DNA of 64,000 nucleotides from assembly GCA_016618085.1 (NCBI GenBank), contig JABLTG010000015.1:1-64000 (forward strand), read 5' to 3'. The notes beneath the pieces were generated by a model. The model was not told the DNA's origin. It saw nothing but the letters and a program-made list of their open reading frames with translations, and searched no databases. Positions within the stretch are counted from its first letter, which is position 1. Each line of letters opens with the position of its first letter. Positions 36,858 through 49,440 of this stretch are shown here, piece after piece. The stretch is from Neovahlkampfia damariscottae (taxonomy: Eukaryota). The translations under genes were made by a program, and so were the position numbers.

Positions 36858-37607
36858 TTATTCTTTGTTTTTATAAAATGGTCCTCTTCCAAAGGGTTTA
36901 TCCCATTTTTTACAGCCATCTTCAAGAATTTCAATCATTTTCTCGACTACTGAATTATAATCAATAGTTTCGTCATCATCTTGAATATCACTTGCTGCTG
37001 ATTTGAGTTGATGAATAACTTTTTCTTTTGGAGTACTTAGTTTTCCGGTGTGCACCAAATCATCTCCGATTTTTTTGACATAGTTTTTGATTTGGCATAT
37101 TATTTTTCCATCTTCATCGTTTGACCATTTACTATTTTCATAATCCGTGGTGTTTTGAAGTTCCTTGATTGTATAAACTGAGTTTTTTATCATCTTTTTC
37201 TTGCTTCCCAAAACTTCTAGAACTATGTAATTTTCTATTGCTCTAACTACTTCACGAGAATCAATTTGAAATAATTTTAGTTCTATATTTTTAACTTTCT
37301 TTTCTAATTCTTGAATTTTTAATTTTAACTCGTTGTTTTCTTTTACTAGTTTGTCATTTTCTTCTTTGAGATCATTATTTTGTTTTTGGAGCTGACTCAC
37401 TCTTTCATCTAAGATGGTGATTCTCTTTGATGAATCTATTGTCAAGTCACTAAACTTTTTCTCAAGATCATCATGCTTATTCCTTAATTCCTTATTTTCT
37501 TTTTTTAATTTCTCATTTTCATTTATGATTTTCTCAAATTCTTCTTTTGGCACGTCAACTCTCTCAATAAGTTGAAATCTCCTATCTTGAAATGGGTTTG
37601 AATCCAT
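36858..37607 (-). CDS. Intronless coiled-coil protein of unknown function
   Basis: 249-aa ATG-initiated ORF with a heptad-rich N-terminal half and a globular-looking C-terminal half. Confidence 0.7.
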   Translation of the reverse strand: MDSNPFQDRRFQLIERVDVPKEEFEKIINENEKLKKENKELRNKHDDLEKKFSDLTIDSSKRITILDERVSQLQKQNNDLKEENDKLVKENNELKLKIQELEKKVKNIELKLFQIDSREVVRAIENYIVLEVLGSKKKMIKNSVYTIKELQNTTDYENSKWSNDEDGKIICQIKNYVKKIGDDLVHTGKLSTPKEKVIHQLKSAASDIQDDDETIDYNSVVEKMIEILEDGCKKWDKPFGRGPFYKNKE

Positions 37608-38090
37608 GAAAGTTGGAATTTGACTTTACTGAAGAAATTGATTGGAAATTCCAGTCTTTCCAAGGTCACTTTGTTCGGTTTGAGTTTTTTGTTCAATTTG
37701 TATATCTTTCATATTTTATTTATGATAGAGATAGAGCGATTATTGACATTTATTTTCTAGTTGAATTTGCTAATTTAATGGATACTCATAAATTTTATAT
37801 GAATAAAAAACTATGGGACCCACGAATTATTTTAGGAGAAGATGGGCTAGAATCTGGTATATCTCAAAATGAATTGTTTGATACATTTTTTCCAATTTTG
37901 AACATTTGGATTTTAGTCATCATTTACCTTTAATGGGAAATTTCACCAAATCTTGTGATTCCAAATTTCTGATTCTTCAAAGAATAAAATTTCTGATTTG
38001 ACTGATCCATTTTTTATCACCAGGAATCGAAAATAGAACTGAACAGAAAACTGATTTTTTGTCCAATCAAAAAATATCCTCCATTCTGAA

Positions 38091-39868
38091 ATGGACAACA
38101 ATTTTGAAGTTGAAAAAAATTTAACAATAAATGAAAACCAATTAGTAGATACCATTGAAGAAAAAAAGACGGAAATGGAGACAAAAGAAAACTTTTACTC
38201 TGTAAAAAATATACTTACACTTCTTTATCAAGTTATAGAACCCTACTATGATTTATTAATCATCAATAACAAATTTAGATGGTTATTTCTAAGGTTAATA
38301 GTTGAATTATTAATATTTAGTTCATTTTCTGGAACGATTGGTGTTTATTTTTCGGAGATTGCTCTTTTGTCTCTAATTGAGTCAAAATCGGGCGGTTCAT
38401 CAGGTTTTGCTCTTGGTGGTGTATATTTATGTTATGCTTTACCTCCAATTATGCTTGTATTTTTTGTAATTTATTGATCTTTTTCAGATGTTGATCACTG
38501 GAGGAATTGCAGATTTTTTTGACAAGAGAAAGATTATGGTAATTGCAGATCTGATCAGATCAGTTCTGGCTTTATTGAATCTATTAGTTTTAATTAATGT
38601 TGAAAGATTCAAAGGTTTCTTTTATGTCATTCTATTTCTTAGTGTATCTTGTTCTGCATTTTTTGATCCTTGTAGAGAAGGATTTGTTCCATTTATTGTT
38701 CCAAGAGAAAAATTGACTGCATCAAGTGCTATTGATGCCTTGACTTGGATGACATGTACTTTCATTGGAGGTGAGTGTTATTTTCCTCATTAATTTTTGA
38801 AAAGGATCTATTGGAGGTTTGGTCACCGCTACTCTTGGATATTATTGGAATTTCACTTTGAATTCAGTTACTTTTCTGTTTTCTTCTCTTTTTGTTGCTC
38901 AGTTATTTAGATTTCCTGAATTAACTGTTGATGAATTAAGAAAAAAGTAAAATTTGTTGAAAATTAATATTAGAGCTGAGCAAATGGATAAAGAAGAAAA
39001 AGAAGAAATGTTGAAAAACCAAGAAAGTACTGATGAGCCAATTGAATTAAAAGAAAATGAAACTGATGAGAAAGAAGAAACGAAAGAAATTCAATCAGTT
39101 GAAAAGAAAGAAATTGAACAAAAAATGGAAGAAGAAAAAGAAACATCCGTTGATTTGGAACCATCCAACTTGATTTACACTGAAAATAGCATAAAAGAAG
39201 AAGAACTGAAACAAGAACCAGGTGCTTTAGAAGCTGTTAAATCGTTCCTTACTGAAATGTTTCTTGGAATCAAGTATTTGATCAAAAATCCTTATGCTTT
39301 ATCACTTGTTGGGATCAAAGGAACATTTGTTGTTGCGTATATATTCATGGATTTTTTGACCATCAAATTCGCAGATGGGCAATTCAAAATTGGAGATAAT
39401 CCATCAGCGATGTTAGGAATTACAAAAGCTCTATTGGGAATTTCAGCTGGTTTGACCCCTGTTTTGCTTGAAAGATTAATCAAACCGACAGTTGCAAAAA
39501 TGAGATTTATTATTTTTTGCACATCATGCTTGTCATTTTTCGCATTTATTTTACTTTATTGGTCTCCAAATGTTGTTGTATATTTAATTGGTATTTTCAT
39601 TTCTGGACCAGTTATTGGTGTTCCATGGGTATTTTCCACAGCAATGATTCAAAGAACTGTTCCTAAAGAGTTGATTGGTAGAATTATTGTAATGGATTAT
39701 GGATTTTTCATGAATATTACTCAATTAATTTCGATTTTCACTATTAGTGTCAGTATTGATATCATTGGTTTCAATGTTTATCAATTAGCATTAATGGCAG
39801 CAATTTTTGGTGGTTGTATGTCAGTCTACTATGGAATTTGGTGTTTTATCACAAGAAATTATGAATAA
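38091..39868 (+). CDS. MFS transporter (H+ antiporter / MFS_3-like)
   Basis: GGIADFFDKRKIMVIADLIR, FDPCREGFVPFIV and IQRTVPKELIGRI motifs. Four introns of 27-34 nt. Confidence 0.9.
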
Positions 39869-39993
39869 TAAAAAAGAAACAAATATTAAACTGTTTTTTA
39901 ACTGAATAAAAATATCAAGGGATTCAACGTGGAATTCCATCAACATTCAATGATTGGTTGAAGAAAACAAGATCGATAAATTTAAAAACTAAT

Positions 39994-40485
39994 TTATTGA
40001 ATCAATTTTTGGTTCGTGGAATATTCACAACTTGGAATGATTTTACATTTTTTGGATTTAAACGCTTGCAGTTCCTTTTCAAATTGTTCTTTTTCAATTT
40101 GATTTTTTACAGTTTCCAAATAGAATACATCTCTTGCTTCATGATTCCAAAAAGTTTCTAATTCTGATGAACTCAGATCTTCAAACTCTTCTTCGATGGC
40201 TGTTTTGACCATGTTGATGAATGGACCAAAAGTTTCGAAAAGTTTGTTACCAGCAGATGTAAAGCTATCAGAAATCTTTTCAGTTTTTTCTTTCAGTAAA
40301 TATTTTGCACTTAGTATCTTTGATTCATCTTCCAACCATTTATCCACCATTTCTCTTGATTCAGGAAATGTGGAATGACTTGCATTGAGTTCATTTAGTT
40401 TTTCCATGTATTCCATGTGTAGTTTTCTCTTTTCCAGAACAAATTGTTCTTGCAAATAATTTTGTGTTTCTTGTGTTGTTTTCAT
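39994..40485 (-). CDS. Hypothetical helical protein
   Basis: ORF from ATG 40485; the 3' end may be spliced; no family recognised. Confidence 0.5.
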   Translation of the reverse strand: MKTTQETQNYLQEQFVLEKRKLHMEYMEKLNELNASHSTFPESREMVDKWLEDESKILSAKYLLKEKTEKISDSFTSAGNKLFETFGPFINMVKTAIEEEFEDLSSSELETFWNHEARDVFYLETVKNQIEKEQFEKELQAFKSKKCKIIPSCEYSTNQKLIQ

Positions 40486-40624
40486 TTTGTATTTTGATTC
40501 AAACACAATTCGGATCACTTTTTATGAATACATTGGGGGTATTTGACCAATGAAAATCAACTTCCAAAAAATTTTATTGGACCGATATCCGGTTTATTTT
40601 CTCTTCTTAATACCAAAAAGATAA

Positions 40625-40708
40625 TCTCCGGAGCAGGAATCGAACCAGCGACAATTCGATGTCTATGAACACTACAGTCGAATGCTCTACCAACTGAGCT
40701 ATCCAGAG
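40625..40708 (-). tRNA. trnY-GUA: tRNA-Tyr(GTA) with an 11-nt intron at 40661-40671
   Basis: CTCTGGA/TCCGGAG acceptor stem, TAGCTCAGTTGGTAGAGC D-arm, TTCGA-CTGTAG[TGTTCATAGAC]A-TCGAA anticodon arm, GGTTCGATTCC T-arm and discriminator A. Confidence 0.97.
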
Positions 40709-40826
40709 CTACTTGCTTGTAAACTTAATTTCATTGCTGACATTCAAGCTGTTGAAAATCTCTTGGATTTGTTGTTTTTGATCTCTTTCATGACATGTTG
40801 GTAGAATATCAACAAAATTAAATTTA

Positions 40827-41828
40827 TTATAATTTTGAAATCTGAGGTTGTTTAAATTCTTTTCCAATCAGCTGTTTATCATTTCCAACAGAAAATATTT
40901 GAAAAGCTTCGTGAATGTTCCAATCAACTGCATTTACATCTTCTCTGTGAATTTTATGTTCAAAAATTAAATCAAAACCAACTTTTGTGTCCCAAATCTG
41001 ATTATTAATGAAAAAATAAGCACTTACTCTCACTGTTTTGTCCTTTCCACATGAAGTCAACCTATCTGGAAATGTTGTATCAAATTTCACATTTTTAACA
41101 AATTTGTGAGCTTCTTGAATTTTTATCGGTTGAAGAGGATTTCTCACATCCCATATCAATATTTTATCATTTACAGTTCCAACAGCAACAATCCAATCAT
41201 CCCGTTTGTGCCAATCCAAACCACGAAGTGAACATGGATCTTTTTTATCCAATAATGTATTAACTGAATACTCAGAACGTAAATCCCATATTTTTAACAA
41301 AGCATCTTGAGAAGAACTTGCAAACTCAAATTCATTATTTGGGTTCCATCTTTTTTTTTGTGTGAGTACAAAAAAATCTTACTTAACATTGTAAATGAAT
41401 TTTGTATGTTCTGCAAATGTATTTCGTATTTTACTCAAATTTGATCCATCAAATAATTGTATTCTTGAAGATTCTGAACCAACTAAAATTAACTCTTTTT
41501 TCAAATTGTTCCAATCTATTGAAGTTACATGATATCCTTCTTCTGATAAAACTTCAGTTTTTTTTTTTTCATTGATATTCCATAAATTAAAAGTTCCATC
41601 ATGATTTGCTGACAATAATAAATCTTGATAATTTTCTGACCAACAAATTTGATGAACTCCAATTTTATTGTCAATTTTTTGAAGAATTTTTGATTCAATT
41701 GAATCTATGATATATATTGAGCCATTATGATACCAATTATCTGTCTCCATGGTTGAGACTGCACAAATATTTTTGTAGTAGGTACTGAATGAAACATCAG
41801 TTGCTTGGAAATCGAATGAGATTTTCAT
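40827..41828 (-). CDS. PEX7: Peroxisomal PTS2 receptor PEX7-like WD40 protein
   Basis: NGSIYII, ICWSENYQDLLLSANHDGTFNLW, SIDWNN, WNP...FASSSQD and ILIWDVRNP follow the PEX7 repeat pattern. Two introns. Confidence 0.75.
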
Positions 41829-41956
41829 TGGATGAAAAAAAATTGAAGAAAATTTAAGTTTTATTGATGTGTTAAATCCATTTTTAAATTGATATTTTAA
41901 ATCCATTTTTTTGTCCAATCAAACAAACTTTAATTCTCAACGTCAAAAAATTTCGT

Positions 41957-43463
41957 ATGCTGAAAATACACAATATTGTTATTTTGATTTTATCCATCAT
42001 TACAATATTTTCAGCACTTTCAAATATATTGATCACAGTGGTTGTCAAAAGGTTGAGACAAAACAAATTATTTTTTGTAATTTTATTCATGTGTATAGCC
42101 GGAATTGGAAACGAAATATTTAAAATAATTGGAGTTTTAGGAGAAAATTATATCAACTCAAGATCAACTTTATGTGGTATTCAAGGCATAATGTAAGAAA
42201 TTTTTTTTTTTGAAAAAACAGGATCAACGGATTTTGGTTATGGAAAGATTTTTCAATGCTAAACTTGATTTTTTTATTATATATTCATGTATCAAACCAA
42301 AACAACTGGAATGATTTGGAACGAAGAAAATCCAATTTTGAATTCACATCCAAATTTTTCAAATCAATTCTATCATTTCAAACGTATATTTATTTAATTT
42401 CAATGATTTCTCCATTTGCCATATTTTCATTAATTTATTTATTTAACAACAAAATATTTGAATATGATCCAATTTTGAAAAAGTGTGACTTCAAAAGAGA
42501 ATATAATGTTATTATAGTTACTGCATTTGATTTATTTATTTTAGGTATTAATTCAATTTTGATTACTTCAATGTTTATCAAAAAAATTAAAACGAAACAT
42601 TACAACCAATCAGATTTACCACCTTGTAACAACCAATTGGATGATTTAACTTTTCAAAAGGGACTAGATTTTTATCAATGATGATTTATCCTGCAATTTG
42701 GTTATTTTCATCAACTTGTGTTATTTTTTCATACATTAGTTTCAATAGGAATCCTGATAGTACAGTTGATTATGTTTATCACCTTTTTGGACCAAGATTT
42801 CATACTTTTGTCATACCATTTGTAAGATTTTTGAATCATTCAACTGTTGAATTAGACAACTGGTTTGATAATCAATAAAGTTGAAAAATTGAATTTTGAG
42901 ACTACAATGAAAGATATTGAATTTTGTAAAAGTTTCAAATATTTTTTGAAAGAACGTGATTGGATACTTCAATGTTTTTTAGATTCTCAGTTAATTTCAA
43001 ATAATTTTGATGAATTTAAACAAGTAATTTTTTCCTTTTTTAAATGACCAATTAGAATTTTTGGGAGACCTATTGCTATGAAGATGAATTTACAGATTTC
43101 GTGAAATATGAAAATTTTGATGATTTTTCAGAAAATTTTACAAAAGAAAATTTAAAATTACTAGAAGAAGATTTAGAAATCAAACTGTATAATATTTTTC
43201 AAAATGAATATATCAAATCGGATTATTATCAAAAATCTGAAATTTATTTAACTGAATTCTCAGAAAATGATTCATATTTACCTTTAATTTATTTCATTTT
43301 TAAATATATTTTATTGAGGCCTTGTTTGAAAAAAAAAGGATTTCATTCATTGAATTTGAAGCAAAAATATTTGAAACAATTACGAAATATTTTTCCAAGA
43401 ACTTTTGAATTGGAATCTTTTGAAAATAGTAAAAACTCAAGAACCCCATTACTCAAAAAATGA
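41957..43463 (+). CDS. cAMP-receptor-like 7TM protein fused to a degenerate RGS-like domain
   Basis: Four GT-AG introns make one frame. LCGIQG at TM3, KKCDF loop and IYPAIW; C-terminal FCKSFKYFLKE...YNIFQNEYIKSDYY. Confidence 0.6.
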
Positions 43464-43571
43464 AAGGACTTTTGATGTATCAAAAAAAAAAAGATAGAAT
43501 TTGAAAGAATTTAGAATTTTATTCTTTTATTCTATTTACAATTGTTGAATAATAACATTTTTCTTTCAAAA

Positions 43572-43865
43572 TCATTGCATTTGTACTTCCATGCTTTTTC
43601 TCAGTTTAAATTTTCGTACCAAATTAATCACTTGGTTTTTTCTAGTTTTTTCACTTTCAAGTTCTGAATCACTTCTCCTTTTGAGAATTTGAGGTTTTGT
43701 TTCCAAATTGGAAGGTAAAAATTTTGGGTTTGGAGTTGACTTGTTTTTTGGACTGTAAGTTGAATTTGTCATTTTATCAATGATCATTGTTTTCTTGATT
43801 TGATATTCTTCTTGAGTGATCAGTTTGTTTGTCAACAGTTCTTTGAGTTGAAAAAGTTGATTCAT
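43572..43865 (-). CDS. Small SHOCT-domain protein (3' end possibly spliced)
   Basis: QLFQLKELLTNKLITQEEYQIKKTMII fits the SHOCT consensus. Confidence 0.55.
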   Translation of the reverse strand: MNQLFQLKELLTNKLITQEEYQIKKTMIIDKMTNSTYSPKNKSTPNPKFLPSNLETKPQILKRRSDSELESEKTRKNQVINLVRKFKLRKSMEVQMQ

Positions 43866-43965
43866 TTGTGATTTGATTGGCTCGGAAAATCAGATTTTAA
43901 TAAACCCGAATTTGGAGAAAGAATTGTAACAAAAAAATCCATTTTGGGAAAGAGTTTAAAATTTA

Positions 43966-44754
43966 TTATGCAGGTTGTCCAGTTGGTGCAAGATCAATTT
44001 CACGAATACAACAATGTTGTGGTGCATTGTAAATGAATAAACAAGAATCTGAAACATCTTTTGATTCTAAAACTTTTCCGAGTGTGTTTTTCCATGAATT
44101 ATAACCATCAATGACTTCTTTTGGATTAACTGATAATAAGTCTGTGTCTACAACACCCTAATTTTGTTTTTAAAATATTAGACAAATTTCTTACTGGACA
44201 AACAACAGAAACTCTGACTCCTGTGGATGCAACTTCTTCTCTGAGAGCTTCTGTAAATAAACAAACAGCAGCTTTTGTACCACAATATGTACTGTGATTT
44301 GGGAATGCTTTTAATCCAGCAATTGATGAAATATTGATGATTGTACCTTTCTTTCTTTGAATCATACCTTCTAAAACGAGATGTGTTCCATTTAAGACAC
44401 CTAAAACATTAACATCAAAACTTTTTTTGAAATTTTCTGGTTTTTGTTTTGCGAATTGTTCAATGAACATAATTCCAGCATTGTTAATCAATAAATCAGT
44501 TGGTCCAAATTTTGCTTCTGCTTTTTCAACTGCTTTTTTGTAAGTTTCTAAGTCTGTGACATCAACACTTTCGCATAAACAATCTGGAAGGTTTAATTTT
44601 TCCATAATTTCAACTCTACGACTAATAAGAAGTAAAGCATGTCCTTGAGCAGATAAATCTTTTGCAACTAAAGCAATTTTAATGTTTTTTTTGACTTACG
44701 TTGCATTCCGATGCCTGATGAAGCTCCTGTGATAACGCAAAGTGGTTTTGGCAT
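43966..44754 (-). CDS. Short-chain dehydrogenase/reductase
   Basis: ITGASSGIG, NNAG and YCGTK motifs; two introns. Confidence 0.93.
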
Positions 44755-44967
44755 GTTAGTTTGTTTTGTGAGTGAAAAGAACCAATGAGAGTTGAGGATT
44801 TTATGCATCTCCGATCAAATCAAAACGCTCCACATCTTCTAAAAAACAGGTTTCAAATATTCCTATGAATAAATGAGAAATATTTGATTTGCAATGATGT
44901 TCCAAAATTATTGAAAAACTCCTTTATTTTTATTGGTTAACAGAATTGAAGTGAGTTTTAGTCAGAG

Positions 44968-47900
44968 ATGTCTGTGTTTGTGAAAAAGTCAGTCAAAGAG
45001 ATTTACGCTCAAACATGGAGAAAACAAACTGAACTCAGAAAATCTTGCACTGAAGTTTTAGAAGAATTGGAGAAACCAAAATCAGACGAAACTTTAAAAA
45101 AAGAAACGTACAAATTTATCAAACCATTTGAACTAGCTATGAAAACAAAAACAGACAAAATGGTTGACATTTCTATTGATTGTCTTCAAGTATGAATTCT
45201 TTTTTTTAAATTTCAAAAAAGAAATTAATGGCATTTGGTTATATCACAAATGATCAACAAATTTCAGATGAAAAATCATTACTTGATGTAGTGGTAGATT
45301 TAATTTGTGGAAGTTTTGAAAACGAACAAAGTGATCAAGTACAACTTCAAATTATCAAAGCATTATTAACTTCAGTAACAACAAGTCAAGTAACTGGAGC
45401 AAGTTTAAGAGGAACAATTAAAACATGTTTTAATATTTGTTTGGTGACAAAAAACGCTGATAATGTTAGAACAGCCAAAGCAGCGTTAACTCAAATGTTA
45501 AACAAAGTTTTTCAAAGAATGGAAACTTTTAATTCAAATGAAGAGTACATCTCAAATTATGTTAAAAATATTATATCAAATGTAATTGCTTCGACTACTG
45601 AATCTTCATTTTCAAATGCTCAAAGAGATGCTTATTTCATTTTTAGAGCGTTATGTAGGTTATCCACAAAACCTGTTCCAAACAAGTATTCTTTTTTTTT
45701 TTTTATAACTTTTTAAGTGCTTCCTCGGATTCAATTGAGATGAGAAGTAGAATTTTATCATTACAACTTATTTCTTCTGTATTGACAAATTCAGGTCCTG
45801 TTTTTAGAGCTAGTTATTCATTCATTCAAGATATTCGTCAAACTTTATGTTTATCATTATTGAATAATGTTGTTTCAACAAATCCAAAAATTTTCAACAT
45901 TTCTTTATCAGTTTTTAAAACTCTATTTGTTCATTTCAAAGACCATTTAAAAGTTGAAATTGCTACATTTTTAGATGCTGCTCTTTTAAAGATTCTTAGA
46001 AGTCCAAATAGTACTTATCAACATAAGTTTCTTGTTATTCAAGTTATAGCTACCATTGTACAAGATCCTCAAACAGTTGTTGATTTATTCGTCAATTATG
46101 ATAGTGGTGGAATGGAATATTCAAATATTTTTGAGCACATCGTTCACGAAATTAGTACAATTATTCAAGTTTCTTTTGAAACAAATTGGGTGACTTCAGA
46201 ACAAGAAGAAAAAATGAAAAATTCAGCTTTGAAAGCAATTGTGACTTTATTAAGATCTATGGTTAACTGGACTCAAAAGATTCAAAAAACTAAACCAATT
46301 GAAGAAACTATTTCTGAAGTTGATGAAGTGAAACAACCATCACAAGCTGAATTACTTGAAATTCAAAGAAATTTAAAAAGAGGATATCAAGAAGGTATTA
46401 GAGAATTCAATGCATCCGGAAAACATGGAATTAAATACATGATTACTCATCAACTCATAAAAGATACTCCTGATGACATCGCAAAATTTTTATTTGGAAC
46501 AGAAGGCTTGGATAAAAAAGAAATTGGAAATTATATTGGAACTAAGAAATTCGTTGATGTTTTAGAAGCATATGTCAGATTATTTGATTTTACAAATGTT
46601 GCTTTTGTTGCTGCTCTCAGAGAATTTTTGAATCATTTTCGTCTTCCAGGTGAAGGTCAAATGATTGATCAAATTGTTCAAAAATTTGCGGGTCAATATT
46701 ACAGAAATAATAACACTGGAAGTAACACACCATTCAATAATGCAGATGCTTGTTATGTTTTCGCTTATGCTGTGATCATGTTAAATACAGAATTACATAA
46801 TCCTTCATTAAGTTATAGAGATCGTATGGATCTTGCTGGATTCATGAGAAACAATGAAGGATTGAATCAAACCGATGATGGAACACCACAAGACTTTGGA
46901 AAAGAATTCCAAGAACATGTCTTCAATGATATCAAAGATGAAGAAATCAAAATGAAGGGTGAAGAAGAAATCACAAGAATTAAAGAAACTTCTGAATTAT
47001 TATCTAAAGAAAAAGACGTAAAAAAGAAATATGAATTATTTGGAAAACAAGGAGATCTTATTTTTCAAGAAACTAGAAATCAATTATCAGAAAGTTGGGA
47101 TCGTCATTTTGATGAAACGTATTATTACTCTTCAGAAATTGGTCATATTCCTCCAATGTGGACAGTTTCATGGGCTCCAATTTTATCTGCTTTAAGTATC
47201 TTTTTTGAAAAGACAGAAAATCTTGAAGCAGCAAAATTATGTTTAGAAGGATTTCAATATGGCATTCATTTAAGTGCAATGTTTGATATGCACGTTCAAA
47301 GAGATACGTATGTTAATGCATTATCCAAATTCTCAGGTTTAACAAATTTATCAGCAATGAAAGAAAAAAATGCAGAAGCGATCAATTTAATGATTAACAT
47401 TGCACAACAAGAAGGAAATTTCTTAAAATCAAGTTGGTCTGTATTTTTGAATGCAATGTCAAAAGTTGATAGATTAGTCAATGTTGATCATCATACCAAA
47501 GGAATGAAAAAGAAACAAACTTCTACTGCAAAAATGGATCGTAAAGTTTCAATGGATATCAGTTCATCAGAAAATACTGATCAATTCAATTCACAATTTC
47601 TTACTTCAAGGATTGATTTGATTCTCATTGATAAATTATATCAAAGATCAACAAGTCTTGAAAATGATGCAATTGTTGAATTTGTGAAATGTTTATGTGA
47701 AGTTTCTTCTGATGAAATATTCTCACAAAATGATTCCAGAACTTATTCATTGCATAAATTAATTGAAGTTGCATATTACAATATTGATAGAATGAAATTA
47801 GTTTGGGGTAAAATTTGGTCAAGTGTTTCACAACATTTTATTGATATTGCTTGTAAACATGGTGATTTACAAATGATCATGGGAGCTATTGATTCATTGA

Positions 47901-49406
47901 GACAACTTTCAATGAGATTTCTTGAACAACCAGAAGATTCAAATTTCCACTTTCAACGTGATTTTATGAAACCTTTTGTTCATATTATAAATGAATCAAA
48001 GAATCCAGAAATTAGAGTTTTAATTGTTGAAATTTGTAATCGCATGATTTTATCCAGAGGTGAAAATATTAAAAGTGGTTGGAAGTCAATTTTCAAAGTA
48101 TTTCAAACAGCAGCAAGTGATAAAGGTATCGTTTTAGAATGTGCATTCAACAATATGGATGTTATTATGAAAGATTATTTTGATAGAATTATTATTGCAT
48201 TTCCAGATTTTGTTAAATGTTTATCCATCTTTGGAGGGAATCAATCTGATTCTACCATTTCAATTCAAGCCATTGATCACTTAAGAAAATGTGCAAAACA
48301 TATTTCAACTGGAAAAGTCGTCTCTATTGAACAAAATGAAATCTTCACAATTGATAAGAAATTCTTTGTTCCTTGGTTTGCAGTTTTCACTGGAACTTCT
48401 TTGTTGATTGATGATTCACGTTCTCAAATTCGATTAAAAGCATTAACTTCTTTATTTGATATTTTAGACACTCACTCAAAACAATTTGATACTGAATTGT
48501 GGGCTGCAATCTTCAAAGGTGTATTGTATCCAATATTTTCAAATATTGAAAAAAAGAATAATCGTGAACAATGGATTAAAGATACAAGTGAAAAATCACT
48601 TAAACTTCTTGTTGGTTTGTTTTCAAAATATTTTGATTTTTTGAAATTTGAATTTTCCAACATGATGAAATTATTTGGTGAAATTATTGATCAAAAGAAT
48701 GAAATTCTTGCGAAAATTGTAAATTCTTGTTTGGTTGAATTTTGCATTGTTTGTGGTGATAAATTAACAAAAGAACAATGGGATGAAATTTCTGAGCTTT
48801 TATGTCATTTTTCAGTGAAATATTCAACTTCATTAGGTATCACAGAAAATCAATGTAGAAATCAATTGATCACCATTGAAACAATAAATGAAATTGCATT
48901 CGCTCATTATAAAGTGATTGAAGTATCACATTTAGTTTCATTAATCAAAACACTTGATTTGATTTACACTTCTTCAGCTGAACTTTATCAATTGAAATCA
49001 TCCAATGAAATGAAACAGATTTTATTGAGACAAAGATTGGAATCAATGACTATTGGCTTAAATATTTTATTGAAAATGTTTTCTGATGAAAAAAGAACAA
49101 AAGATGCAGAACCTATTTTAATTGAAAAATACACAGAAATCTTCCATCATTATGAAGAAAATATGACAAAAAATTCACCAATGAATGAACATGTAATTGT
49201 TCCATTAATGGTATTAGTTTTAACTGGAATTCATTCTTTCTCTGATGAACAAGTACTTTTTTCATTTTCTAATTTTTTAGTTTTCAACTTATGGCAAACA
49301 CTTCTTTTCAAATTTTTCAAATTTGATTGTTTCAAATCACCCTATTGTTCAAGAAGTTTTGAAAGATATTTTTATGAAAATTGGAACAAATTTATTAAAC
49401 ATTTAA
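44968..49406 (+). CDS. SEC7: BIG/Sec7-type large Arf guanine-nucleotide exchange factor
   Basis: DCB, HUS box (LFVNYD), Sec7 motif FRLPGEGQMID, IMLNTELHN and HDS domains. Three introns; spliced stop at 49406. Confidence 0.95.
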
Positions 49407-49440
49407 TTTTTGTTCAATTTTCTTCTTTCATCCAATCAGA

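Noticed and set aside
37930..37945. Right terminal inverted repeat matching the island's left end (ACATTCCCC versus GGGAAATTT)
   Set aside because: Only a few bases match and there is no target-site duplication.
40661..40671. tRNA-Tyr intron as a novelty
   Set aside because: A short intron after position 37 is standard for eukaryotic tRNA-Tyr.
42625..42680. Apparent frameshift in the 7TM-RGS-like gene
   Set aside because: Resolved by a 35-nt GTAAC..AAAAG intron giving LPPWTRF.
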